From Octopus sinensis (lineage: Eukaryota): DNA of 64,000 nucleotides. Below the pieces are notes generated by a model that had not been told where the DNA came from, did not search any database, and saw nothing but the letters and a program-made list of their open reading frames with translations. Below, piece by piece: positions 1 to 14,955 of this stretch (positions within the stretch are counted from its first letter, which is position 1; every line of letters starts with the position of its first letter). A program made the position numbers and the translations under genes. The stretch lies in assembly GCF_006345805.1 (NCBI RefSeq), contig NC_043011.1, positions 65,608,464 through 65,672,463 on the forward strand, in the 5' to 3' direction.

Positions 1-811
1 AAAGATTTTATCAAAAGGCTCCCGGCGTATTCGAAATATTGACCCTGTACAGCAATATACCGATCAGAGCGTTACTACAACTTTTATAGTTCGGCCTGGA
101 ATTTGTTTTCGCAAGCGAGTCGAAGACATTCTGCAATTCACTCTGGACCTTGACATCGGTGTTGAAACGGTGACATTTGAGCTGGTGTCTGCAGGTGCTA
201 AGTCTGGCGAATAGTGCGGGTGCAGAAAACATACCATGTTGTTTTTGGTGAGAAACTACGGATGAGGAGAAGCTCGGGTAAGAATCCAGTTATTCGCGCT
301 CCAGTGATCCAGTCGTTTCCATCGCATGTTTCTCCCTCAAACGTTTTAAAACGTTGCAGATCAACTCTTGATTGACGACTTGGCCTTGACAGACGCATTT
401 TCTATGCACAATGCTAAATTTCCAGGGAAGAATTTCTTGGCAGGTCTTCCAGGTCTTTCATCGTCTTCCAGGCACGTTCTTCTGCTATTGAAGCATCCGT
501 ATCAGTCGAAATATTGCTTCTTCAAAATTAGCTTGCCGAACTCTGCTCAGTATCTTTGTAGCAGACTTTCCAAGTTTAACGCAAAATTTCATTTTGGCTA
601 TTTCTTCCTGTCCATGACAAAATCGCAGACACCAGCATGCATGTGATCCCAAAATCTCATATTTCACAACTTGCGAAGTAAACACAGAAATGCCATTCGG
701 CACACTGCCCCATGAAGGTCACCACTAGCTCTCACTGCGCACACAACTGCCCGCTTTTATATGCCGGTGCCTTACAAACCTTGGTCGGGAACTTGTTGAT
801 ACAACATTGTA
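1..811 (-). mobile_element. Internally deleted, decayed mariner transposon
   Basis: Minus-strand fragments read KFCVKLGKSAT, LEDDERPGRP, then jump to VNQE..NVLKRLREK and HYSPDLAPAD (mariner YSPDLAPxD motif). The right end TA-CAATGTTGTATCAACAAGTTCCCGAC (to 811) resembles the sequence at 1-27, consistent with degenerate TIRs. Confidence 0.8.
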
Positions 812-2084
812 ACATTTTAATACATACTGATAGAAGTGGAATCGAAGACAACGCATTAATTTTTGATACAATTCTTAATATGAAATCGCATACCTGTCTA
901 GCTCGAGAGTTGTACTGTAAAAGAAAAGCAAAATGCAAGTGTCAGGAATATGAATGCCACATGAGTGTTTTTAATTTATCTTCATAAATATATCTTAATT
1001 AGGATGATCATTACGAAATATCATTATTATATTTTTGTGATAAGTGATAGTGCTGGCAAAGAACTAAATTTGTTGTCACCTGTGTTAATTAATTGCTGTA
1101 GTTGATGAAATATGATGGTAGTAAACTGCTACAAGCTGTTAATTCCATCTTACCGATACGAAACATAGCGTTAGTGATATATTTCGAAAATGAATTATTA
1201 TCTTTTAACCGCCAGTAAATTATGGTTTTTGGATTGAAGCGCTTTCCTCTCAATGAAAAAGATCATTAGAAATAGTTTTGTTACAGGAAAGCGGTTTTAC
1301 TTTAGGTATACACCACCTTAAACGTGAGTCACTCTTTAATAACGTTAAGTCAATTTGTGGTCCCTGTAGCATAACATACTTCAAACCTCTGCATCATAAT
1401 ATGTTACAAAAGATTTTCATGAAAAGTAGGAATTGAAAATATTTTCAAATTTTCGTCACTATATATATTTGACGGCGTAGCATGTTTATGGACAATCTGC
1501 TTACTATGACCCTAGTCTTTAAAATCTATGTAGAATGTCTGAGACGTCGACAGTGTATTTATGATAATTATATTCACAACCACGTCTCTCGGATGCAATG
1601 GTAAGTTAACTTTATAATTTTATCATAACAACAGCATAGATGCACAAACCATATATTGGATAACAGTGCTATTTAAAATCTCGTTAAGAATATCAATTTA
1701 AGCATGCAGACTGTATACTCCGCAAGTAAACATTATAGTGTATTTCTCACAATGAATCGACAGATATTTCAAAATGAGTTAACAGATATCAGATAACAAA
1801 ATGACAGCTTTTCTTCAGGAGTTACATTTATTAAAAATGAAACATAAATACGTATAAATTACAATGTACCTCGCAATGGTGAGCAATTCTAAACATCAGG
1901 TAACATGTAGCGTTGTCGTCAGGTGTAAAACATTGTAAGAGGTCAGCATAACCACTGGAATAACACAAGACATTTTTGAAAGATCGTTTACAACTGGAAC
2001 ATTCAATTTCTGCCTAGGAAATATAATACTGATGTCAATTTTATTCGATATATATGTAAGTAACAATGGGTTGCGAGGTGAGAA

Positions 2085-2970
2085 TTTAAGGGAAGCAGTT
2101 TGCTTGACGTTTCCGCTTACAAAAGTTGCTTTAGCACGCTTATCAAGGCCGAAGTCCATCCTGATGGCCGTTACTCAATTCTTTAACAGTTGCTAGCAGC
2201 CCTACTAACTCTGTCATTTCTAGCAAAAAGCATCAGATCGTCCCTATAAGACACATGGTGTATTTTCCTAATGTAAACTTTGAACCCATTCTTCGTGTTA
2301 TTTAGTTCGTTTAAAAGTGGGATCAGAGCAATGCAAATGAGTAATGGGGGGAGGTATTCACCTTCAAATATGCCTCGTTTGATGATGATGTTATTTTCTC
2401 TCATCCCATCAACATGGTTTAGAAGCAGACGTGTGTTTCACTTGGCCATGCTAACTTGTAAGAATTTGCAGATAGCAGGAGGGTTCCTATGTCTGTCAAG
2501 GACCTTGAGTATCGAATTATGCGGGACATCAAACGCTTTCCTATAGTCCATCCATGCCATACTCAGGATCTTCTATTTGCTCCGGCAATTGTCTAAAATT
2601 ATTCTACTTATGAGTATTTGATCCCTTCCTCAATAAGTATTCCTTCAACAGCATTTTGTTTTTGTTGAAAAATATTTGTTCAAGGAAAGCGTATAGTCTG
2701 TGTTAATATGAATCTGAGGACCTTGTAGTTGGCGTTGAGACATCTTATTGGTCGGTAGTTCTTTGCATTGTTTTGTGTCTTCAGTTATTGGTAGAAGGTA
2801 TGTTTTTCCATCGGTCAGCGAACCAGGTATTTGACCCGGTTTCTGGACGACACCAGTCAGGGATGCAGCGCAATTGTGGTGCACTTCCGTCACACAATTT
2901 AACCACATGTTAAGAAGCCGTTCTAGTCCTGGTGTTTTCAGTTTGTGAGACTACTTAAGGACACTCTGAA
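2085..2970 (-). mobile_element. Decayed R4/Dong-like RT fragment, 5'-truncated
   Basis: Frame-broken peptides GKTYLLP, IKRGIFEGEYLPPLLICIALIPL, SYRDDLMLFA and DFGLDKRAKATF match the RT of the R4-type copies elsewhere in the window. The 5' side abuts a (GAA)n(TAA)n tract. Confidence 0.75.
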
Positions 2971-2971
2971 A

Positions 2972-3108
2972 TCTTCTTCTTCTTCTTCTTCTTCTTCTTC
3001 TTCTTCTTCTTCTTCTTCTTCTTCTTCTTCTTCTTCTTCTTCTTCTTCTTCTTCTTCTTCTTCTTCTTCTTCTTCTTCTTCTTCTTCTTCTTCTTCTTCT
3101 TCTTCTTC

Positions 3109-3181
<73 letters not shown>
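2972..3181. repeat. Compound microsatellite (TCT)n-(ATT)n
   Basis: Directly visible, near-perfect tracts at 2972-3108 and 3111-3181. Confidence 0.98.
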
Positions 3182-4703
3182 TAAGCATATGTTAATATGA
3201 AATAACGTAATAAAGTATATAATACTTACGTTTATGCATTTACCTATACATTGTTAATATTTCTAACTAGATTAAAATTAGTTGTATTTTCAGAGAGATA
3301 GTAAAAGTTTATACAAGAAATTTGTAGTAGAATGAAAGGGAAGCATTATAAAATATGATGTGTATGGTTGATGTTTTTTTATACCTCAATGCTATTTGAA
3401 ATCATTTTAATCTACGCTTGATTCTTAAAGTCGGCCCAGTTATTATATTATGCTTGCATATTTTGTTTGGTATAATTTATTATTTATTTGATAGCCTCAT
3501 TTATTTTTCTAGATTATATTTAGGTTAATCACAACAAATTAAACTAGTTCTGATGTTAGGCTATATTAATTATGTGTATAATAAATTTACTTCGTTTTTC
3601 TTAAATTGTATTTGGGTTAACCACATCAAATTAACATTTTCAGACTCTCCAGCTTACTTCATTTGTGTTTACATGCAATATACTTTATTCAATACTTATT
3701 TTATATCCGATTTATACTTTTAATATTTATTTTAATTATTTATGAATTTACAAATTGATCAATTTTCTAAAGGCATGTTTCTAGTACTGGTAACATGCCT
3801 ATATTTTCAAACGTTAGTTTAACAATTTACCAATAATCTCCCACATTTCGAATACTGGCAAGAAGCTAATATGCATTCTCTTTTCTAGAATTTATAATTT
3901 GTGTTTAGATTCTATTTCTTCGGCACATAAACAACACTTTCAGTGCGGAATATGCCAAGCCATGGTAAGACTTACAACCTCACATTTAATCGAATAATCT
4001 TTATCTTTTAAAATCCGTATAAATTTCTGAGATCAATGTTATTAATTCTATATCTATTCCTAAAGCAAATTACGTGGTTTGCAATTCTTCGTTTAAACTT
4101 ATCTTCAGTTGAACCAATGCAGTGTATCTCCTTCCTTCGCATTTATCTATACAGCTATATACCAATAAACCTGTTTACAATTATTATTAAGTTTATAATT
4201 TTGTTCAATTCTACAATCACAATTTCATGATTAAACTTTAATTTTTACCATTTCTACTATTACATTTCGGATGTGAATTATCATCGGTTAGATGCCTTAT
4301 ATTATTGTAATTTACCCTAAACTAACTTAAATTTTAGTTGATATAAAAAGTATCCAAAGTATTCAGGATATAAATGCCAAATATCCTTTGAAAGGGAATG
4401 ACCAACATTGAAAGATTTGGAATTAATAATTTCTCTATATGTATTATCCTTATTTAAATGTTTCTGTATTGATCATTAAATAGTTTTGACTGTTTTTTTA
4501 AAATTTGACTTTAAATGTTGATGATCAACCACAGAGTATTAGTTTTATTAAGACAACCATAATCCATAGCATGTCTTTTTATTATTATTTATATTATGGC
4601 TATTATTATAAGAATGCTCAAATATATTCTTATCAATGCTGTTAGTTTCTACCTTACTGGAGTGTTTATATTTGCCTTTATTATTACAATATTTATTACC
4701 AGA

Positions 4704-5104
4704 AAGGCGGCGAGCTGGCAAAAACGTTAGTACGCCGGGTGAAATACGTAGCCGTATTTCTTCTGCCGTTACGTTCTGAGTTCAAATTCCGCAGAGGTCG
4801 ACTTTGCCTTTCATCCTTTCGGGGTTGATAAATAAAGTACCAGTTACGCACTGGGGTCGATATAATCGACTTAATCCGTTTGTCTGTACTTTTTGTCTCC
4901 TCTGTGTTTAACCCTTTGTGGGTAGTAAAGAAATAGGTATTTCGTCTGTCTTTACGTTGTGGGTTCAAATTCCTCCGAGGTTGACCCCCGTCTTTCAAAC
5001 TCTTCGGGTCGATAAATTAAGCCCCAGTAGCATACTGAAGTCGATATAATCGACAGATTCCTCCACCAAAATTTCCGACCATGTGCCTATACTAGAAAAG
5101 AATA
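4704..5104 (+). mobile_element. tRNA-derived SINE (type 1), internally duplicated
   Basis: GGCGGCGAGCTGGCA head and B-box-like GAGTTCAAATTCC. The body is repeated within the copy; homologous copies lie at 32.8 and 43.0-43.6 kb. Confidence 0.8.
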
Positions 5105-5390
5105 TTTTTTATCAGGTTTTTATCAGGTTTCATTGTTAGTATTTATTCCTAGACATTTGTTATTATTTTTCTCGTTTTAAAATCTTGACAATGTACCCTG
5201 GGTTTTATTTCACTATATATATAATTGCTTCATGTATTGTATTACCATATGTAGCTTTAGTTTCTACATTATGTATTCAATTTGGGTTATCTAGTATTTT
5301 GTCTCGTATGTTTTTACTGGGTCTCAGATAATTTTATTTTGTGCTTATATACTGCTTTTTAAATGCATCATTATAGAAGTTAGCAATTGT

Positions 5391-6512
5391 GTTAGTTAGT
5401 TAGTTAATTTGGCTCAAAAGCAAATAGCAAGACCATGTAGGGGGACATGGGGTTAAGTACAGGGTGGAGTTCATGCAAAGAGGTCAGGCCACTTGAGGTC
5501 CAAGGAGGCTTTGAACAAAGCGGTCGTCGGCATCTTCAACATCTCGTCTTGCAGCTTGTTCCACGGATCCGCAACCCGGACGGAGAAAGCTCCTCTCCTT
5601 CGATTGAGATGAAATCGTCGCAGGTAGAGCTTTTCGGAATGACCCCGCAGCCGACGCTCTGGAGCAGGAGTGAAAAACAGCTCTTTCGAGAGGTTACACT
5701 TTCCGCTTATTATGTTGTGGGCGAGAATGAGATCACCACGGCGGCGGCGTTTTTCAAGAGAATAAAGGTCGAGCGTCCTCAGCCTCTCTTCGTAGGACAA
5801 ATTTTTGAGACCATGAACCATGCGGGTAGCCAGCTTCTGGACTCTTTCGAGATGCTGTATGTCTTTGAGTAGATAAGGAGAAGAGGCTTGAATCCCATAC
5901 TCCAATATGGGTCTCACCAGCGTGACATAGAGTGGTAGGAATATGGATGCTGTGAGCATTCCGAATGACCGTCGACTCAAGAACAGAATTCCGCGTGCTT
6001 TGTTGGCAGCATGGACGCACTGGGCCGAAGGCGAAAAGGAGGAATCCACCAAGATACCCAGGTCCTTTACCTGATCGGTCCTCTCCAGCAGCAGACGACC
6101 CGGCTCGAAATCAAGTTGAGTTGCAGGAGTAGAGCCGACAGGCAGATGACAGCACTTTGACACGTTCAGACACAGGTCCCACTTCCAAATTTGGTGGAGG
6201 CATCGACGAAGATCCTCTATATTACCGCGAGGAGCGACCAGTTTGATATCGTCGGCAAATAGAAGGGTGTGTTGCGTGAGGTCGTCGGGCAAGTCATTTA
6301 TGAAGACTAAGAACAACAAGGGCCCAAGTACTGAACCTTGAGGCACGCCACTGCTCGCACTGGAGACGTCGGACCGCGAACCATTAACTTGGACTTGGAA
6401 GGAGCGATCTGAGAGGAAGGCACCAACCCATCGTACAATATCCGGATGGAAACTATATGCTTGAAGCTTGACAAGTAACAGGCGGTGGTTTACCGAGTCA
6501 AAAGCTTTGGCA
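5391..6512 (-). mobile_element. CR1-like LINE, 5'-truncated, recent
   Basis: RT motifs AKAFDSV, PQGSVLGPLLF, LFADD and C-terminal RLRGHSEKL. The 3' UTR has a CCATGT-loop-ACATGG stem and a (TAAC)n tail. Closely similar to 35894-37030. Confidence 0.92.
5471..6511 (-). CDS. C-terminal half of CR1-like ORF2 reverse transcriptase (no start codon, truncated)
   Basis: The ORF-track frame 5471..6346 extends 55 further stop-free codons to the truncation point (AKAFDSVNHRLL...SSGVPQG). Confidence 0.85.
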   Translation of the reverse strand, partial: AKAFDSVNHRLLLVKLQAYSFHPDIVRWVGAFLSDRSFQVQVNGSRSDVSSASSGVPQGSVLGPLLFLVFINDLPDDLTQHTLLFADDIKLVAPRGNIEDLRRCLHQIWKWDLCLNVSKCCHLPVGSTPATQLDFEPGRLLLERTDQVKDLGILVDSSFSPSAQCVHAANKARGILFLSRRSFGMLTASIFLPLYVTLVRPILEYGIQASSPYLLKDIQHLERVQKLATRMVHGLKNLSYEERLRTLDLYSLEKRRRRGDLILAHNIISGKCNLSKELFFTPAPERRLRGHSEKLYLRRFHLNRRRGAFSVRVADPWNKLQDEMLKMPTTALFKASLDLKWPDLFA

Positions 6513-7984
6513 TGAAAGATAACTTTATTTTCTATGTTTATAACTTGTGTTTCTTTTTCGATTTTGGGTGAATTATTAGATTATTAATATACCTTAAATT
6601 TGTATTGGGCTTATAACATGGTTCATATTAACTAGCTACAAGATTGGAGTTAATATCTAAAATTTAACAGAGTCATTTTCGTTTTTCAAGATTAAGTTAC
6701 CATAATTATTTTAAAATCATACAATCTTTTCTTATATATTTCTAATTTTCTCTTTTATGGATTTTTAATTAGAAATAGCTCATCATCCCTTTTATAATCT
6801 GCACCTTATTTCAGCGAATTCCTTATTTAATTCATACAGAATGTATTTACCTAGCATCCACGTTACTTAGCCTGATTTAGCGGACCCCATGCTAATGGCA
6901 AATTCTAACGCAATAATTATTATCAAAATTTATCACTCATTTTCTAGGAGTTGAAAAAACATTAATTTCTCTCATATTCGAGTTAGCGTAACTTTTAGTG
7001 AGAATAAAGGCCTTATTCAACATTATCTGATTTATGCATGAGTAATAGCTGTCAAAATCAACTTGTAAAAATTTAAATTTGTGTTTTATTAATTATTCTA
7101 TTCAACCGGCGTACTGTTTCTTAGGTATTTGCCGAAAGTTCAAGTTTAAGATTCAGTATATTTATCTAAGATAATCTTACTTAATATACACATGTTAGAT
7201 TTTCCGGGGCATATAAATCATATTTTAGGGTTAGTTAGTTTCCACATTGACTTTCAGAGTGAATTTAGGTCGTTTAGAAATAAATGGCTCCTTTCTATCT
7301 TCTATTTTATATTCTGACATTATTTCATTAGATTCCAAGTTAATTAATCTTAATACGTTCTTACTAAATACTTCATAGTTTTTCGGAATTTCTTTCGCAA
7401 AGAGTTAATGGTATTTATCAAGGTTTAAATTATACATATTTCCTGTTTTATCCGAGTGTACTAAAATTTCATTCTTTCTTTTGAGTTCCCGGTTGAAAGA
7501 TTTCGCATTTTTTAAATGTATATTCCTTCTTAGTGTATATTTCTGAAATTTAATGTCTTTCACTATGTTCCATACATTAAACGGGTCAAGGGGACTGCTA
7601 AGCCGCGGTATTTATATACGCATATATATAAACACACCCACACACAATAATACATCAACAAAGACATCCACACTTGATTGATTTCTATATCATCATTCAA
7701 ACACATACATAAACCCACATGAAGATGGATTTATTTCAATATATTTCGTTTTCCTTTATACTATTTTATTTACTTTATTTTATTTTACTTCTATCTTACT
7801 TCATAATATATTCTTTTTTACTTTAATCTATTATTTTACAATTATATATTTAATTTATTTTTGCAAACTATACCTTTATTTATATACCTAAAGGAATAAC
7901 TTAGAAGGGAACATATATACCAATACGCATGCACATTGGTGTATAAACTATTGACATACAAACTTGTATATATACGTACATAAG

Positions 7985-8012
7985 TGTATACATACATACA
8001 TACATACATACA

Positions 8013-8046
<34 letters not shown>

Positions 8047-8074
8047 CATACATATGGCGTGTATATATGCATAC

Positions 8075-8110
<36 letters not shown>

Positions 8111-8129
8111 GTATATATATATGTATATA

Positions 8130-8210
<81 letters not shown>
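7985..8210. repeat. (TACA)n / (TA)n compound microsatellite
   Basis: Directly visible. Confidence 0.97.
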
Positions 8211-8211
<1 letters not shown>

Positions 8212-8295
8212 CGCAAACACATACGCACACACGTATGGAAAGATGCGTACAAATGTTGATTTATGTTTATTTTATTTTATTCCATAAACAACTTT

Positions 8296-8315
8296 TATTA
8301 TTATTATTATTATTA

Positions 8316-8355
<40 letters not shown>

Positions 8356-8394
8356 TTCATTTTTATTATTATTATTTTTAATATTATTATTATT
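8296..8394. repeat. (TTA)n tract at the 3' end of R4 family B copy
   Basis: Directly visible, imperfect. Confidence 0.95.
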
Positions 8395-11300
8395 CTATGT
8401 TTGACTTTTGATATATGTCTGTATAAGTCGGCTTCAAGTCTCACCCAGAGACCTCAAGAGACAACAGGTTGGGAGTTCACGTTGTTGTTATGCCTAGTGT
8501 CCCATATATTTCGTCTTGTATTTAGTTTCGTACAAGTGAATGCCTAAAAAAAGAATGTTATGTTTGTTTTAAACCTTGAGATTACATAGAAAGTATTTTG
8601 CGTAGGATATGCGCAGTTCTCATGAGCATTATCTTTTGAATTTCTCGCATTTTGGGGTTTCCTGGTATCTGAGTTAGGTAGTAATCAGCCCCTTTTGCTA
8701 TCATTCCCAGGGCACCTATGACAACAGGTATTGTTTTAGTCTTCAGGTTCCATATTTTGCTGATTTCTATTTCGAGATATTTATATTTTCTCAGTTTTTG
8801 GTAGGTCTTGACAGATACGTTTATATCGATTGGGACAGTCATATCAATGAGGAGGTATATTCTTTGTCTGAAGTCTTTCAATATGATGTCTGACCTATTT
8901 GCATCTATCTTCCTGTCAGTTTGAATGGTGAAGTTCCAGAGGAGTGAGATGTGGTCCTTTTCAAGCACTGGAGGTGGATTGTGTTCCCACCAGTTTTTTT
9001 CATGGAGCAAATCCAGGTTTTTTCAAATTACCCAGTGAATATATTGTGCAGCTCTATCATGCCTGTTGAGGTACTCTGTAGGCGCTAGAAGACTGCATTT
9101 GGAGACAACATGATCAATGGTTTCATTTTGTTGTCGACATACACGACATGTTGGGCTACTGCCATTCTTTAATATGTTGGCCTGGTAGTTTCCTGTTGGT
9201 AGGCATTGATCTTGAGCTGCTATGATAAACCCCTCTGTTTCAGATTTTAAGCCAGAGGCCATTAGCCATTGATGGGTCAGGGCTTTGGCAATATCTGCAT
9301 TATTCGCTCTCTTTGGGTATTTGCCATAGAGAGGTTTTTCTTGACATTTATTATTCAGAATATCTAAGCCAGCAGATTTAGCACGGGTTTTCATGCGCTT
9401 AGCTTTTTCTGTGCCTGTTTCTTATTTGTCTATCTCTAATTCCGAAATTTGTTGTATTCGAAATTCACTTAGATATTCCTTTGCCTGTTTTGTTACTGAG
9501 TATGATGCTTTCTTGTTTTCATGTTTTGAGACAAGTTTTAACATCCAGTCCTCAGTGTTTTTCAGGTAGGTGTCTAGGCGAATTGTAGCAATCTTCATTG
9601 TTATTTCCAGTTGCAAAAGACCACGGCCTCCCTCTTTTCTTGGCAGATAGAGACGTTCTGTATCTGCCTTAGGGTGGTGCATTCTATGCATTGTCAACAG
9701 TTTCCTTATTTTTCTGTCCAGCTGACATATTTCAGTTAACAATATTGTTAACCAGTTAACAATATTGACCAGTTAACAATATTGAAACTGTAAGTCACGA
9801 CTGGTATAGCTAATGCATTGATCGCTTCGATTCTGTTTCGTGCATTCAGCTCTGTCTTGATTATTTCTCTCACTCTTCGATAGTATTCTCTCCTGATCCT
9901 TTCCTGCATCTCTGAATGCCTTATTCCGTTCCCTTCAATTACCCCTTGGTACTTGTAGCTCTCCGCTGGGTCCAGTTTTTTTATGACATTATGCTGTTAG
10001 ATGTTTCCGTCATTTTTCCTTTGATAAATGTAGCTTTTGCACTGAATTGTTTGACTAGTAAGCCCTTCTGTTGTTGGTCATTTTTTGCAAAAAGCTTTAA
10101 ATTATCCATGTAAATGACATGATTTGTATGTTTATCAAACATTTTATACCCGTACCGCTTGTCATTGAGCAGCTTTGAGAGAGGTATTAAGGCTATACAA
10201 AAGAGGAGTTGTAACAGTGAGTCACCCTGGAAAATGCCACACGAAATTTTTACATCACCAGCAATTAGGGATTCATTGTCACTGTTCAGAGTTAGTGTGG
10301 TTCTCCATGATCTCATACTTACAGTCAAGAAATTTCGCAGAGTAGGTGCTATCTTATACATGTCCAGGCATTACCTAATCCAGCTATGTGGTAGGCTATC
10401 AAAAGCCTTTTTATAGTCTATCCAGGCTATTGATAAGTTTTTGTGTCGTTTGTGACAATTTTCTAAGATCATCTTATTGATGAGTAGTTGGTCCTTACAG
10501 CCGTAGGATCCACGTTTACATCCTTTCTGTTCATTAGGGAATATGCTGCTGTCTGTTAAAAACTATAGGTATATTCCGTCAGGACATATGTTAGCGTTTT
10601 GTACATAGTTGTTAAGCAGGTTATGGGTCTATAGTTTTTTGGTTCATTGTTTCTTCACTTTTTTGAAGCAGGAATGTTAATCCATTAACTAGCCAAGGAG
10701 GCATTTTACTAGGGTGTTGCAAACCATCATTGTACAGTTCTGTTAGCAGTTCATGGCTCTCTTGGAAGGCATTCAGCCAGAAGTTAGGAATTCTATCCTT
10801 TCCTGGAGACTTCCATTTGCTTGACCTTCTGAGAGCAGATCTTATATCTTCTATCTTGACACCCTCCCACTTTTGCTCTTCTAAGGGGTCCAGTTCTGTA
10901 GATATTCTGTCAATCAGGGGGCCTTTTCGTTGGGTGTTTTTTGTTCTGCCCAGATTTTATTCCAAAATCCCTGCACTTCTTCTTTTGATGGTACAGACCT
11001 TGCAGTAAACGCTGTTTTTCCTATCTTCCTGTAAACATTCTTTGGATTTTTTTTAACATGTTGTTGTCCTTGAAAAATCTAACACGCTTTTCATACCTCG
11101 CTATGCGGGCAGCTTTGGCAGATACCTTTTGTTTGATGGTTTCTATGGTGGCATCAATATCAAGAATAGGTTTCATATTCTATTTTTTCAGTAATTTTTG
11201 TGTATTTGTAGATTTGGTAGTCTTGTGAGCCTGAAGGTTTTTCAAATATTGAATGTCAGATCTAAATATTTTAATTTGTTGTTGCAAACGCTCTTGCCAA

Positions 11301-11956
11301 GAAGGCTTTTTGTGGGAATGTTGCCGTTTTCTAATCTTTACACCACATAGGATCGTTGAGATTTTCGCGGATGCATAGTATAGGTGGTTAAGGTTTGTGA
11401 TATCAACATCATTAACTGAAATTATATCCTTAAGTGCAAGCCGGATTTTACCAATTATTTTCATGTTTTGGTTAGAGTTGCGGATTTTAGGAAGTGTATC
11501 ACGCTCGTCCATGCTGGTTTCTTTAATTTTCAGCCATTCAATCATGATTTGATTATTTATCTCATGTAGTTCTGTTGGGTCAATATTTGTGTGACTTACT
11601 TTAACTATTTGATGCTCATCTGTCATAGTGTTTATGATTGGTTCAGGGAGTATTTCACTTTGCTTATGACTTATACTAACTCTTTCAATCCTTACTTCGT
11701 TTTTATCAGCCCTGGGCTGGTCTATAATTATTTCCTCTGTATTATCTTCTCTAGCTGCAGCTTCGTTCATTTTATCCGATATTGCTTGTCTAACTTAGTT
11801 AATCTCTACTTCAGTCACTAATTTTTTTTTTATAATGATTCTTCTGACGTTGGCAAGTTTGTTACTGTCTAAGTTGGGTCTTGCTTCAGGGTGTTTCTCT
11901 CTCCAGTTTAAGTATGTTTGTACAGTGCTAGATTTATCTGTGGGGAAATATATGGC
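8395..11956 (-). mobile_element. R4/Dong-clade non-LTR retrotransposon, family B, near full length, decayed
   Basis: Frameshifted ORF pieces: N-terminal SNKLANVRR, RT GIFQGDSL and YMDNLKLF, zinc finger CRVC..ETIDHVVSKC..RHD, and nuclease RSDIIL..LIDMTVP..KLRKYKYL. TTA tracts on both sides. Confidence 0.9.
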
Positions 11957-13939
<1,983 letters not shown>

Positions 13940-14027
13940 TTATTATTATTATAATTATTATTATTATTGTTATTATAATTATTATTATCAATATTATTAT
14001 TAATATTTTTATTATTATTATTGTTAT
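13940..14027. repeat. Degenerate (TTA)n spacer between R4 copies
   Basis: Directly visible. Confidence 0.9.
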
Positions 14028-14877
14028 TACTTTTTTCCTCTTTCAAATTTGCTTCCATTTCTTGCAGAGTGTCTTCCCGACTCCTAGGGCAAAGAAACAC
14101 ATAGTTTACATTGCTAGGACATTAAATTAAAATCAATAGTTCGTTAATTTTTTTTTTCAAGTTGAATTAAAATACATGGGTAGTAATAGTTCTCACTGCG
14201 ACAATGCTCTTCTCAATACGTCTGTTGTACCAGTTAAGACAATCGTTTGCACTTCTTGCAGGGATGGTAAGCCAGGGATCATTCTCATATAATTTTCGGT
14301 TCCCTTCTTGATCATTCATATTGCTCCTACTATCACTGGTATTGTAACCGCCTTGAGATGCCACATTTTCTCAATTTCAATGAGTAGGTCTTTACATTTT
14401 CTGAGCTTGTCAAACTGTTTCGCCGAGATATTATGATCACAGGGGATACTCATGTCGATTAATAAGCAAACTTTATTGTTTTGGTCTTTCACAACAATAT
14501 CTGGTTTATTGGCTTTGCTGGTTCGGTCTGTATGTACTGGAAAGTCCCACAGAATGGTTACATTTTCTCCTTCAGCTACAGCCTCAGGGTGGTGATTATA
14601 TCACTTGTCGGCAGTTTTGATATTGTAATACCGACTTATTAGCCAGTGTAGATATTGGCCAACTCTGTCATGTCTTAATTTATACTCCACTGGTGCTAAG
14701 ACATTACATCCAGTGATTAGGTGGTCCACTGTTTCAATCATGTCGTTGTAGAATCGGCATTTTAGGTCTGCTCCATTTTTCATCACATTGGCCTGGTAGT
14801 TCCGGGTTTATAGGCTTTGATCTAGAGCAGCCAGGATGAAACCTTCACTCTCTGCTGTTAGCCCTGAGCTCCGTAGC

Positions 14878-14879
<2 letters not shown>
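14028..14879 (-). mobile_element. R4/Dong-clade element, family D, 5'-truncated (zinc finger, nuclease, 3' UTR)
   Basis: CRFYNDMIETVDHLITGC..RHD; matches 56490-57343. Confidence 0.9.
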
Positions 14880-14938
<59 letters not shown>

Positions 14939-14955
14939 ATTATTATTATTATAAT
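14880..14955. repeat. (TTA)n tract
   Basis: Directly visible. Confidence 0.97.

Larger units (their letters stand above)
3780..7590 (-). mobile_element. Highly decayed Penelope-like retroelement (RT + GIY-YIG), interrupted by a SINE and a CR1
   Basis: Minus-strand remnants: KFLQVDFDSYYSCINQIMLNKAF (~7000-7080), FAISMGS (~6885-6905) and (Y)KRDD (~6781-6795) resemble Penelope RT motifs. IGSTEDKFKRRIANH (~4075-4118) and KCCLCAEE (~3916-3939) resemble the GIY-YIG domain with its CxxC motif. Ends not resolved. Confidence 0.65.

Noticed and set aside
812-2080. Long protein-like minus-strand frame (possible receptor pseudogene)
   Set aside because: Stop density is roughly what AT-rich random sequence gives, and there is no recognisable motif or paralogue in the window.
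7842-8547. ORF-track proteins rich in YI, I, L, K, S or N runs (here and at 2945, 12234, 20052, 26385, 31579, 44300, 48051, 52785, 57268)
   Set aside because: These are translations of microsatellites, not genes.
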